DNA of 32,000 nucleotides from Candidatus Saccharimonadota bacterium (GTDB lineage Bacteria; Patescibacteriota; Saccharimonadia; Saccharimonadales; Saccharimonadaceae): NCBI GenBank assembly GCA_039920285.1, contig JBDSDX010000001.1, positions 750,001 to 782,000 of the forward strand, read 5' to 3'. Shown piece by piece: positions 24,259 to 32,000 of this stretch (position 1 is its first letter; each line of letters starts with the position of its first letter). The notes under the pieces were generated by a model. It saw only the letters and a program-made list of their open reading frames with translations, ran no database searches and was not told where the DNA came from. The position numbers and the translations under genes were made by a program.

Positions 24259-24891
24259 TTATGCAAAGAGCGCTTGGCCGAATTTGAGGAAAACGAGTAC
24301 CACCATCAAGGCGATCCAGCTGGTGACGATCATCTGATGATAGCCACCTTTTATGAATCGTTGGACGCGGGCATTATTTTTTTCAGATAATTTAAAGGTG
24401 TTCGATTTCAGATTGTAATGCAATAGACTCGAGAATATCAGTGTCGTCGAAGTGGTGACGATCAAACACCATGGACACAGGACCTGAATGGCATAGACAC
24501 TCTGGAAAAAGAGCCAGTAAGAAAAGATCAGGCCGAGCAAGACCCCGATATTAGCAGCGATGAGCCACCAACGTGGAAATTTTACTCCCGAAAGACCGGC
24601 GAGAGCAAACGTCACAATGACTGCGTACGCCATCAACCCGATGACCATATTCGGGAAGCCAAATACATGTGATTGCCAGGTTTGCATGACGGTTCCACAG
24701 TTCAAAACGACATTAATGCTACACGATAAAACCGCATTTGGATCATCATAGAGGTGAAATTTCTCAACAGTGAGTGTGAATGCAGCCACTAATGCAGCGA
24801 GTCCGCCGACGAGCATAATGCCCCACGTAAAGCTGTGTGAACGTTGGTCTGTCTTACCCTTTTTAAGCCATTGAACGAGTTTATTGAACAT
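24259..24891 (-). CDS. Vitamin K epoxide reductase (VKOR) family protein
   Basis: A polytopic protein with a loop cysteine pair (CSINVVLNCG) and the CPWC redox motif in a TM helix (VLCPWCLIVT). Confidence 0.85.
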   Translation of the reverse strand: MFNKLVQWLKKGKTDQRSHSFTWGIMLVGGLAALVAAFTLTVEKFHLYDDPNAVLSCSINVVLNCGTVMQTWQSHVFGFPNMVIGLMAYAVIVTFALAGLSGVKFPRWWLIAANIGVLLGLIFSYWLFFQSVYAIQVLCPWCLIVTTSTTLIFSSLLHYNLKSNTFKLSEKNNARVQRFIKGGYHQMIVTSWIALMVVLVFLKFGQALFA

Positions 24892-25141
24892 AGTAACTTA
24901 CCTCGCTTATTGTTGGGAGTGGCAACCCTTGCCATGTATTTTGTAGCGACCCATCGTCGGCTAAAGCAATCATTGTTGGCATTTGCATAAGGTCATAGGT
25001 TCGACAAAAATCGACACCGGCCGGAGATTCAGGGTCCATTGTTTCAAGCACGTGACCTGTTTGACGTTCAAAATCACGTAAATAATCGAGTACCTGTCGG
25101 GCGTAATCAGTTTGTTCCTTGAAGACCACCACCACTTTCAT
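24881..25141 (-). CDS. Hypothetical 86-aa protein, glutaredoxin/NrdH-like secondary-structure pattern without CXXC
   Basis: Alternating strand and helix pattern KVVVVF / DYARQVLDYLRDF / VLETMD / MPTMIALADDG / WQGLPLPTI. The position where CXXC is expected reads EQTD. It overlaps the VKOR start by 11 nt. Confidence 0.5.
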   Translation of the reverse strand: MKVVVVFKEQTDYARQVLDYLRDFERQTGHVLETMDPESPAGVDFCRTYDLMQMPTMIALADDGSLQNTWQGLPLPTISEVSYYVQ

Positions 25142-25143
25142 AG

Positions 25144-25596
25144 TTAGGCCTTATTTTGGATTTTGCTTTGTTCGAGAATCTTGACGAAGTCTTCAAGTGT
25201 TTTGAATTCGTGATACACGCTGGCAAAACGAACATAGGCAACTTCGTTGCGGACCGCTAATTCGTCGAGGACTTTATCACCAATTTGACGTGATGTAATT
25301 TCACTTTCACCGAGGTTATAGAGACCACTTTCAATCTCGTCGATCATTTCTTCAACTTCTACTTCAGAGCTAAAGAATTTACCGACAGATCGTTTGATAG
25401 CAGTTGCAAGTTTGTCGCGGTCAAAAAGTTCACGAGCACCGTCTTTTTTGATGACTGCAAGGTTTGGCTTTTCAATACGTTCGTACGTTGTGAAACGAGT
25501 ACCATCTGGTGCTTCACGGCGACGGCGAATAGTGACACCATCCCCTACTTCTCGAGATTCAACAACGCGGCTGTCTCCGATTTTGTACTGAGCCAT
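25144..25596 (-). CDS. nrdR: NrdR-like transcriptional regulator (ATP-cone) lacking all zinc-ribbon cysteines
   Basis: DSRVVESR, IRRRRE, RFTTYERIE, VIKKDGARELFDRDKL, VAYVRFASVYHEF all match the NrdR layout. The protein contains no cysteine at all. It starts 3 nt after the ftsZ stop. Confidence 0.8.
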   Translation of the reverse strand: MAQYKIGDSRVVESREVGDGVTIRRRREAPDGTRFTTYERIEKPNLAVIKKDGARELFDRDKLATAIKRSVGKFFSSEVEVEEMIDEIESGLYNLGESEITSRQIGDKVLDELAVRNEVAYVRFASVYHEFKTLEDFVKILEQSKIQNKA

Positions 25597-25599
25597 GAA

Positions 25600-26787
25600 C
25601 TACTCCTCGTTTTTCTTGTGGTGCTTTTTACGGCGGCGAAGGAACGCAGGTGTATCTGATTCGTCGTCTTGTTCGACTGAATGGTTCCACATGTTTTCGT
25701 TGTTCTCTTCGGCAAAGATAGCAGCGGCTTCGCTGTGGTCGAGTGTGAGATCAACGCTGTTAACGGCTTCGTCGCTGACTTGGTGTTCAGCTTCTTTTTC
25801 TTCTGACGGTTCGTCACTTTCGTGGAAATATGCTGAGTCAAAACCAGTCGCAATGACAGTAATGATCAATTCATCTTCGATTTCAGGCTTCAAGGTTGCA
25901 CCAAAGATAATGTTAGCGTCTGGTGAAACCGCACTGGTGATGATTTCAGCAGCTTCTTGGATTTCACTCATACTCATATCGTAGCCACCGGTGACGTTGA
26001 AGAGAACACCCTTCGCACCATCGATTGAAACTTCAATAAGTGGTGATTCGATAGCTTGTTGCGCAGCTTGGGCGGCGCGGTTGTCACCGCTTGCACGACC
26101 AATACCCATAAGGGCTGAGCCGGCATTGCTCATAATCGCCTTTACGTCAGCGAAGTCGAGGTTAATCAATCCGTGTTCGGTAATGAGTTCTGAAATACCT
26201 TGAACACCTTGGCGAAGGACGTCATCGGCGATCTTAAAGGTCTCAAGGAGCGGTGTACGGCGGTCAATCGTCTGGAGGAGACGATCGTTAGGAATCGTAA
26301 TCAACGTGTCGACGTGACGACGGAGTTGATTGATCGCCCAGTCAGCATTCTGACGACGTTTTTCACCTTCAAAGCTGAAAGGTTTCGTCGCAACACCAAC
26401 GACAAGGATGCCAAGTTCACGGGCGACTTCAGCGACAACGTAGCCAGCACCTGAACCAGTACCACCACCAGCACCAATGGTCACAAAGACCATGTCAGCA
26501 CCTTCGAGAGCTTGGCTAATTTCGGCACGAGATTCAGTTGCGGCAGCTTCACCAACTGATGGATCAGCGCCTGCACCAAGACCACCGGTAGTGGTGCTTC
26601 CGAGGTGGAGTTTGATGTCAGCTTTGCTGTTATGCAACGCTTGAGCATCAGTATTCATAGCAATAAATTGGACACCAGAAAGACCTGCGTCTTTCATACG
26701 ATTAACAGCGGAACCGCCGGCGCCACCAACACCAACCACTTTTATGCTGGCAAAAGTTTGTATGTCACTTGGTTTCACTTCAGGCAT
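25600..26787 (-). CDS. ftsZ: Cell division protein FtsZ
   Basis: VVGVGGAGGSAVNRM and GGGTGSGAGYVVAEVARE tubulin signatures. It ends in an acidic linker and the C-terminal peptide DTPAFLRRR. Confidence 0.95.
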   Translation of the reverse strand: MPEVKPSDIQTFASIKVVGVGGAGGSAVNRMKDAGLSGVQFIAMNTDAQALHNSKADIKLHLGSTTTGGLGAGADPSVGEAAATESRAEISQALEGADMVFVTIGAGGGTGSGAGYVVAEVARELGILVVGVATKPFSFEGEKRRQNADWAINQLRRHVDTLITIPNDRLLQTIDRRTPLLETFKIADDVLRQGVQGISELITEHGLINLDFADVKAIMSNAGSALMGIGRASGDNRAAQAAQQAIESPLIEVSIDGAKGVLFNVTGGYDMSMSEIQEAAEIITSAVSPDANIIFGATLKPEIEDELIITVIATGFDSAYFHESDEPSEEKEAEHQVSDEAVNSVDLTLDHSEAAAIFAEENNENMWNHSVEQDDESDTPAFLRRRKKHHKKNEE

Positions 26788-26826
26788 GTGTCTGTAAACT
26801 CCTATAGTCTCTTGTTCTTCTGTCCT

Positions 26827-26835
26827 AGTATAACA
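26827..26835 (-). promoter_or_regulatory. Extended -10 element TGTTATACT upstream of ftsZ
   Basis: The minus strand reads TGTTATACT about 40 nt upstream of the ATG, and the leader contains GGAG. Confidence 0.4.
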
Positions 26836-26856
26836 CTTTGATGCGAAAGGAAAATA

Positions 26857-28086
26857 CTACGCGCGAAAGCGAGCAAATAATTTAGACACTATTCCACTCG
26901 CGCTCTTGATGGACACATTACTTTTTTTGTTCGGACCGCCAGTTGTGATCCGTTCTGCATCAATTAACATCAATCCAATAGCTGTTGCAAACGAAGGTTT
27001 TTCAATCTCGTCAGCGACACCACCATATCCGGTTGGCTTGCCAATTCGAGCAGCCAGACCGAGGTAATTCTTGGCATATTCGGTAATGTGTTTCAGTTCA
27101 GCAGTCCCACCTGTGAGGACGACACCACTTGGCAGTTTGCCAGCGCGGCCGGCTTTTTTCAGCTCGTGTTGAATCGCTTCAAAAATTTCTTCAAGTCGAG
27201 CTTCGACAATTTCATCGATATCGCTTGTTTTGAAACTATGAATCTCGCCAGCGTATTTGATGCTGATACCCGCATCTTCTTTACGTGCAATCGCCGAGGC
27301 GTGTTCAAGCTTAATCTTGTCGGCAATTTCAGGATCAGTCTTTAAACCAATCGCAAGGTCGTTGGTAATATTGATACCACCGATAGGAATAACGCCAGTG
27401 TATTGCAGATCGCCCTCTTCATAGATAGCGATACTGGTTGTCGAGCCGCCGAGGTCAATCAATGCGACCCCATTTTCAAGTTGTTGTTCACCAAGCACAG
27501 CGCGCGCAGCAGCGATAGCAGTCGCAACAACCGCATGTGGCGTCACTTTAGCCGTTTCTGCGGCTTTTTGAACATTTACTAGGTACGGAGTCAGTGCTGA
27601 AATGACATGAGCATCGATTTCAAGGCGTGTTCCTGTCATACCGATCGGGTCTTTGATATTATCTTGGCCGTCCAGCTTGTAGGCATGCGGGATAACATCC
27701 AAGATTTCGCGATTGGCTGGGACTTTTCCTAGTGTCGCGACTTCTTCAATACGAGCGAGATCATCATGGGTAATTTCATGGTCAGCTGCACCGACGGCAA
27801 CCATACCGTCAGCGTGTGTACTCAAAATGTGTGCACCGTTGATGTTGACCGTGGCAGCGTCAACTTGATAACCACTCATTCGTTCGGCTTCACCGAGCGC
27901 ATCGTCGATAGCCTGCGCAGGCCCGTTAAGATTAACGACCACACCCTTGCGCATGCCACTATTAACAGCTTGGCCGACACCGACAATCGTCGGTACACCC
28001 GTAGTGCTATCAATGTGTGCGACAACCGCGCGGACTTTGGTTGTTCCAATGTCGATACCGACGGCGTATTGTGATCCTTCTTGCAT
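26857..28086 (-). CDS. ftsA: Cell division protein FtsA
   Basis: Actin-fold phosphate-1 motif AVGIDIGTTKVRAVVAH, plus LIDLGGSTTSIAIY and VVLTGGTAEL. Confidence 0.93.
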   Translation of the reverse strand: MQEGSQYAVGIDIGTTKVRAVVAHIDSTTGVPTIVGVGQAVNSGMRKGVVVNLNGPAQAIDDALGEAERMSGYQVDAATVNINGAHILSTHADGMVAVGAADHEITHDDLARIEEVATLGKVPANREILDVIPHAYKLDGQDNIKDPIGMTGTRLEIDAHVISALTPYLVNVQKAAETAKVTPHAVVATAIAAARAVLGEQQLENGVALIDLGGSTTSIAIYEEGDLQYTGVIPIGGINITNDLAIGLKTDPEIADKIKLEHASAIARKEDAGISIKYAGEIHSFKTSDIDEIVEARLEEIFEAIQHELKKAGRAGKLPSGVVLTGGTAELKHITEYAKNYLGLAARIGKPTGYGGVADEIEKPSFATAIGLMLIDAERITTGGPNKKSNVSIKSASGIVSKLFARFRA

Positions 28087-28093
28087 GAAGCTA

Positions 28094-28099
28094 AGTATA
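28094..28099 (-). promoter_or_regulatory. Candidate -10 box TATACT, 7 nt upstream of the ftsA ATG
   Basis: The minus strand reads GCTATACT tagcttc ATG with no Shine-Dalgarno. Confidence 0.45.
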
Positions 28100-28140
28100 G
28101 CGCTTACGTCTGTTGTTGCAAAGTTATTTTGCGCTGCGAG

Positions 28141-28839
28141 CTACTTTTTTATCGTCTTTTGTGACTGTGAGTGAACAATATACTCATATAACACACCTCC
28201 GACAGCACCCATTGAAATGAACCACATCAGTTCAGATAACGGAATAAACCCAAATGGATTCGGGTTCAAAGGGTGGTGCGCTAAGAGGAAATAATTATCA
28301 ATATAATATGGACTGACGATGCCAAATAAGATACCGTACGTCACGAAAGCGAGTATGCCGAGGAAGGTTGCCCCGAAGATAGCTCGTTTATACAGGTTTG
28401 GCATTCTGATAAGTACATAGGCCGTGACAACGAGTGGGATCGCCGATGCCAATATAATAGAATTCACCTTGAGAATACTCACGAATAGTACCATTGATGC
28501 CAAGCTAAAAACGACAAGAGGAATAATGAACGGACGCCATCCCCCATTCGAAGACTTAAAAGACAATTTATAAATGAAAGGATAGACAGTTGCGCTGAGC
28601 GCCACGAAGGCAAAACCACAAATAAAATCGTCAATCGAGGGGGTGGCTATCCCGGCAGTACTTGGAATGCGCCAGTAGTCTTTATAGAACCAGAACTCAG
28701 TAATCACACTCAAAAAGCCACCAATGATTCCCGCCTGAACAATAAAGCGACGCATATCTTTTCTCATAATAAATATGACGGTAACCATCGCGAGTGCGAT
28801 GACTGAGCCGAGGAGATAGAGATAGCCATCAACTAACAT
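28141..28839 (-). CDS. Polytopic membrane protein of unknown function (232 aa)
   Basis: About 7 hydrophobic helices and no recognisable catalytic motif. It is tightly packed, starting 1 nt after the map stop. Confidence 0.6.
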   Translation of the reverse strand: MLVDGYLYLLGSVIALAMVTVIFIMRKDMRRFIVQAGIIGGFLSVITEFWFYKDYWRIPSTAGIATPSIDDFICGFAFVALSATVYPFIYKLSFKSSNGGWRPFIIPLVVFSLASMVLFVSILKVNSIILASAIPLVVTAYVLIRMPNLYKRAIFGATFLGILAFVTYGILFGIVSPYYIDNYFLLAHHPLNPNPFGFIPLSELMWFISMGAVGGVLYEYIVHSQSQKTIKK

Positions 28840-28840
28840 A

Positions 28841-29596
28841 CTAGAGTTTCGTTAAGATTTCCGCACCGTCTTTAGTGATCAAAATTGTGTGCTCAAACTG
28901 TGCCGCAAGACTTCCGTCGCGAGTCGAGAGTGTCCAGCCATCGTCTTCAACCATGATCTTCTCTGTTCCGAGTGAGGTAAGCGGTTCGATCGCAATCGTG
29001 TCGCCAGGAGTCAGTAACTGCCCTGTTCCCGCACGGCCGTAATTTGGCACTTCAGGTGCTTCGTGCATTTCATGTCCAACGCCGTGACCGACGAGTTCGC
29101 GGATAATACCCACTTTGCCCGCTTTCAGTACTTTTTCAACAGCAGCACTGATATCACCAATCTTGGTTGGGCCTTTGACGGCATCAATACCAGCGTAAAG
29201 TGCACGTTCTGTGACACTCAAGAGGTGTTTTATGGCACCTGTTGGCTCTTCACCAACTACCATCGTAAACGCACTGTCGGTCTTCATCCCTTTGTAGGCG
29301 ATGACGAGGTCGAAACCAACCAAGTCACCTTGTTGAAGAACGTAATCGGTCGGAATACCATGAGTAATCGCCTCATTAACTGAGATACAAATTGCTCCAG
29401 GGAAATCAACTTCAGATGTTTTGTAGGTCGCGATTGCACCAAGACGTTTGATCTCTTTATCAACCCACGCATCGAGTTCTTTTTCACTCACACCCGGGAC
29501 GGCGCGCGTACGCAAACCTTCAAAAATCGTTGCAAGCTTCTTGCCACATTCGCGCATTGCTTCAATTTCAGCCGCTGTTTTTTCACGTTGAACCAT
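28841..29596 (-). CDS. map: Methionine aminopeptidase, type I
   Basis: FPGAICISVNEAITHGIP, DLVIAYKGMKTDSAFT, GHGVGHEMHEAPEVPNY, IAIEP, QFEHTILIT carry the metal-ligand residues. Confidence 0.93.
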   Translation of the reverse strand: MVQREKTAAEIEAMRECGKKLATIFEGLRTRAVPGVSEKELDAWVDKEIKRLGAIATYKTSEVDFPGAICISVNEAITHGIPTDYVLQQGDLVGFDLVIAYKGMKTDSAFTMVVGEEPTGAIKHLLSVTERALYAGIDAVKGPTKIGDISAAVEKVLKAGKVGIIRELVGHGVGHEMHEAPEVPNYGRAGTGQLLTPGDTIAIEPLTSLGTEKIMVEDDGWTLSTRDGSLAAQFEHTILITKDGAEILTKL

Positions 29597-30141
29597 TACG
29601 CAATGCCTCGACTAGTGATTTCTTTAGCGATACGATCGTGAATTTGACCAACACTCCCCATGCCATCAATGTGAGCAATCGGAATATGTTGTTCGGTAAA
29701 ATAATTCAAAATTGGATAGATTTCTTGGCGATAAATATTCAGTCGTTCGTCGATAGCTTCCGGTGTATCGTCGGCCCGACCACGCACTTCAAGACGCTTC
29801 AATAATTCTTCACGCGGCACCTCTAACACAACGATCACATTCACTGCACGGCCGTGTTCTGGCTGACTATCGATAAGCCATTTCGCTTGGTCAAGCATGC
29901 GTGGAAACCCATCGAGAATGACATGGTTAACTGTCTCAGCACGTTTCAAAGCTTCGCCCATAATGCGTTGAATCATGTCGTTTGGAACGAGCTTACCAGT
30001 TTGTAAGTGTTCAATAATCGCAGGATCATGGGTATCACGAAGGAGTTGTCCGGCACTTAACCAACGCCAATTCATACGCGCTGCTAACATTTGACCCTGG
30101 ACGCTTTTGCCCGCACCAGCGGGACCGAAAAATACAATCAT
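29596..30141 (-). CDS. adk: Adenylate kinase (short-lid form)
   Basis: P-loop FFGPAGAGKSVQG, ILDGFPRMLDQAKWL, and the lid region RGRADDTPEAIDERLNIY without Zn cysteines. Confidence 0.85.
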   Translation of the reverse strand: MIVFFGPAGAGKSVQGQMLAARMNWRWLSAGQLLRDTHDPAIIEHLQTGKLVPNDMIQRIMGEALKRAETVNHVILDGFPRMLDQAKWLIDSQPEHGRAVNVIVVLEVPREELLKRLEVRGRADDTPEAIDERLNIYRQEIYPILNYFTEQHIPIAHIDGMGSVGQIHDRIAKEITSRGIA

Positions 30142-30168
30142 ACCTCTATGATATACGGCCGATTAAGA

Positions 30169-30621
30169 TTATGCCAATGCTTCTTTAACAAGTCGGGCAA
30201 TCGTTCCACCATCAGCGGCGTTACCAAGTGCACCTTTGACTGCGCCAATAACTTGACCCATACCACTCGCATCAGTGACACCAAGACGAGCAACCGTTTC
30301 ATCAACGGCTTTTTTAATATCTGCTTCTGAAAGTTGTTCAGGCAAATACGTTTCAATAATTTTCATTTCAGCACGTTCGTTGTCGGCAAGTTCAGGACGC
30401 TCAGCGCCATCATAAATAGTGGCGCTTTCTTGGCGTTTTTTGACTTCACGAGCGATCAATTTTTCGATCGTTGCTTCGTCGAGTCCTGTATCGCGTTTGC
30501 CTTGAGCAACCTCTTCATTCAAGATAACAGCTTTGAGTCCACGAAGAACTTCTCCACGAAAACGATCGCCGCCTAGTAAGGCGGCTTTAAGATCAGTTTC
30601 GATTTGTGCTTTGAGGGCCAC
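30169..30621 (-). CDS. GatB/YqeY domain-containing protein
   Basis: MALKAQIETDLKAALLGGDRFRGEVLRGLKAVILNEEV is the typical YqeY N-terminus. It has a GTG start 2 nt after the rpsU stop. Confidence 0.8.
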   Translation of the reverse strand: MALKAQIETDLKAALLGGDRFRGEVLRGLKAVILNEEVAQGKRDTGLDEATIEKLIAREVKKRQESATIYDGAERPELADNERAEMKIIETYLPEQLSEADIKKAVDETVARLGVTDASGMGQVIGAVKGALGNAADGGTIARLVKEALA

Positions 30622-30623
30622 GT

Positions 30624-30839
30624 TTAACGGAGACCTAAGCGGGCTTTATTCAGCTTTTCAGCTTTACGTTCTTTGCGAATAATCGCTTTGACACGTCGCT
30701 CAGGTTTGCTGATTGGCTTTGCAAATCGCATTGAAGCTTTCGCTTCAGCAAGGATACCGCTTTGCAGCACCTTACGGTTGAAGCGACGAATGATATTTTC
30801 GTTTGCTTCGCGTTCATCTTTACGTGTTACTTGTACCAT
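30624..30839 (-). CDS. rpsU: 30S ribosomal protein S21
   Basis: 71 aa and basic. The NENIIRRFNRKVLQSGILAEAKASMRFAKPISKPERRVK pattern matches S21. Confidence 0.85.
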   Translation of the reverse strand: MVQVTRKDEREANENIIRRFNRKVLQSGILAEAKASMRFAKPISKPERRVKAIIRKERKAEKLNKARLGLR

Positions 30840-30848
30840 ATGGAATGT

Positions 30849-30857
30849 ATTGTAACA
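30849..30857 (-). promoter_or_regulatory. Extended -10 element TGTTACAAT, 9 nt upstream of the rpsU ATG
   Basis: The minus strand reads TGTTACAAT acattccat ATG with no Shine-Dalgarno. Confidence 0.45.
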
Positions 30858-30888
30858 GATAGAGGCATGTTCAACAAGAGGTCAACCA

Positions 30889-32000
30889 CTATTCAATCGT
30901 TTCGAGATGCAACAGACTTCCTTCGACGTTGCGTCGGCCTTGCCACTCATTGATCTCAACGGTGTACCATGCATTGATACGTTCACCCGGTTCGACAAAG
31001 AAATGTTTCGGTGCGCTAAAAGCGATCATATCGATCTTCTGCCCGAGTGGACCCTGAAGAGTAAGCTTCACGTGCTGACTATCTGCACCCATTTTGCGCT
31101 GGTTTATCACAAGAAGTTCATCCGACTTTAAAATCGGCTGGCTATTGCCGTGCCCGAACGGTTCCAACGTACGGACCGCTTCAACCAAGACCTCGTCGAG
31201 CTCTGCGAGATCAGCCTGTGTATCTGCTTTTGGCAACAAAAGGCTCGCTTGGTCACGTAGTTTTTGATCTTTAAAGAATTGATTCACTCTTTTTCGAAAA
31301 GCCGGAATATTTTCTGTAGGTAGAGTGACACCTGCCGCAAGCTTATGTCCCCCACCTTTTGTAATGAGGTCATCGGCGGCTCGAATCGCATCGGCCGCGC
31401 TAAAATCGCCATAACTACGAGCCGATCCTTTGGCTTCTTCACCCATTTCCTCAAGAACATAGGTCGGTTTTTTATATTTCTCTAAAAGTTTTGCGGCAAC
31501 AATGCCAACAATACCGTGGTTCCAACTCGGAGCACTCACCACAAGCACTGGGTCGTTGATAAAGGTCTCAGCCTGAATAACTGCTGCTTTTAAAATTTTG
31601 TCTTGCTCGGCCCGACGAGCCTTATTCATTTCATCAAGCTGGCGAGCGATTGTCAGGGCTGCCATGCCATCAGTCGAAGTAAGTAGGTTCAACGCATACT
31701 CAGCTGTTTCGAGTCGTCCTGCGGCGTTCATACGAGGCCCTAGGCCAAAGCCAAGACTACGAGCGTTGACGGTCCGCGGTTCAATTCCCGATACCGCCAT
31801 TAACGCTTTCAAGCCAGGCCGGCGAGTCTGCGACAACACCTTCAAACCCCAATACACATTGGTACGATTCTCATCAACGAGCGTGACAACATCACAGACT
31901 GTCCCGAGCGCGACGAGATCAAGCAACCATTTCTCTTGACCAATTGGCAACCCATCAAGCCTTGTTTGTAATGCCTGAACAAGTTTAAAGGCAACACCGA
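30889..32000 (-). CDS. recJ: Single-stranded-DNA-specific exonuclease RecJ, C-terminal part (5' end beyond the window)
   Basis: The frame stays open to position 32000 (GVAFKLVQALQTRLDGLPIGQEKW...). DHHA1 motif GGGHKLAAG. The ORF-track start at 31950 is an internal TTG. Confidence 0.88.
   Translation of the reverse strand, partial: GVAFKLVQALQTRLDGLPIGQEKWLLDLVALGTVCDVVTLVDENRTNVYWGLKVLSQTRRPGLKALMAVSGIEPRTVNARSLGFGLGPRMNAAGRLETAEYALNLLTSTDGMAALTIARQLDEMNKARRAEQDKILKAAVIQAETFINDPVLVVSAPSWNHGIVGIVAAKLLEKYKKPTYVLEEMGEEAKGSARSYGDFSAADAIRAADDLITKGGGHKLAAGVTLPTENIPAFRKRVNQFFKDQKLRDQASLLLPKADTQADLAELDEVLVEAVRTLEPFGHGNSQPILKSDELLVINQRKMGADSQHVKLTLQGPLGQKIDMIAFSAPKHFFVEPGERINAWYTVEINEWQGRRNVEGSLLHLETIE

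Overview
The window is a dense, almost entirely minus-strand block of housekeeping genes. By gene content it looks like a reduced-genome Gram-positive-like bacterium, possibly Patescibacteria/Saccharibacteria; that placement is inference only and no search was run. Genes in coordinate order (all minus strand unless marked plus): proS (partial), a CPBP protease, rseP, uppS, frr, an unknown gene, tsf and rpsB. Next come an orphan two-gene module, then rpmE, a small membrane protein, prfA and prmC (all plus). These are followed by a membrane protein, an LCP protein, lepB (plus), parB-parA, rplU and a CAP-domain protein. After these lie a 782-aa repeat-bearing surface protein, a 317-bp structured intergenic region, a minimal zincin protease with a 64-aa acidic ORF, and a LiaF-like gene (plus). 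The window ends with ileS behind a T-box-like leader, VKOR, a Grx-like ORF, nrdR-like, ftsZ, ftsA, a membrane protein, map, adk, yqeY, rpsU and recJ (partial). I saw no tRNA, rRNA, CRISPR array, transposase or integrase. The most interesting items are: (1) the 591-aa plus 149-aa pair at 5975-8196, a clan-CD-like His/Cys protease candidate with a hyperacidic partner; (2) a candidate structured RNA or leader at 19481-19797; (3) the surface protein with a duplicated Cys-pair domain; (4) an Ile T-box-like leader; (5) a cysteine-free NrdR homologue; (6) a recurring -10 box 7-10 nt upstream of start codons, which suggests leaderless mRNAs. All functional calls rest on motifs read from the translations, and start codons are best guesses.
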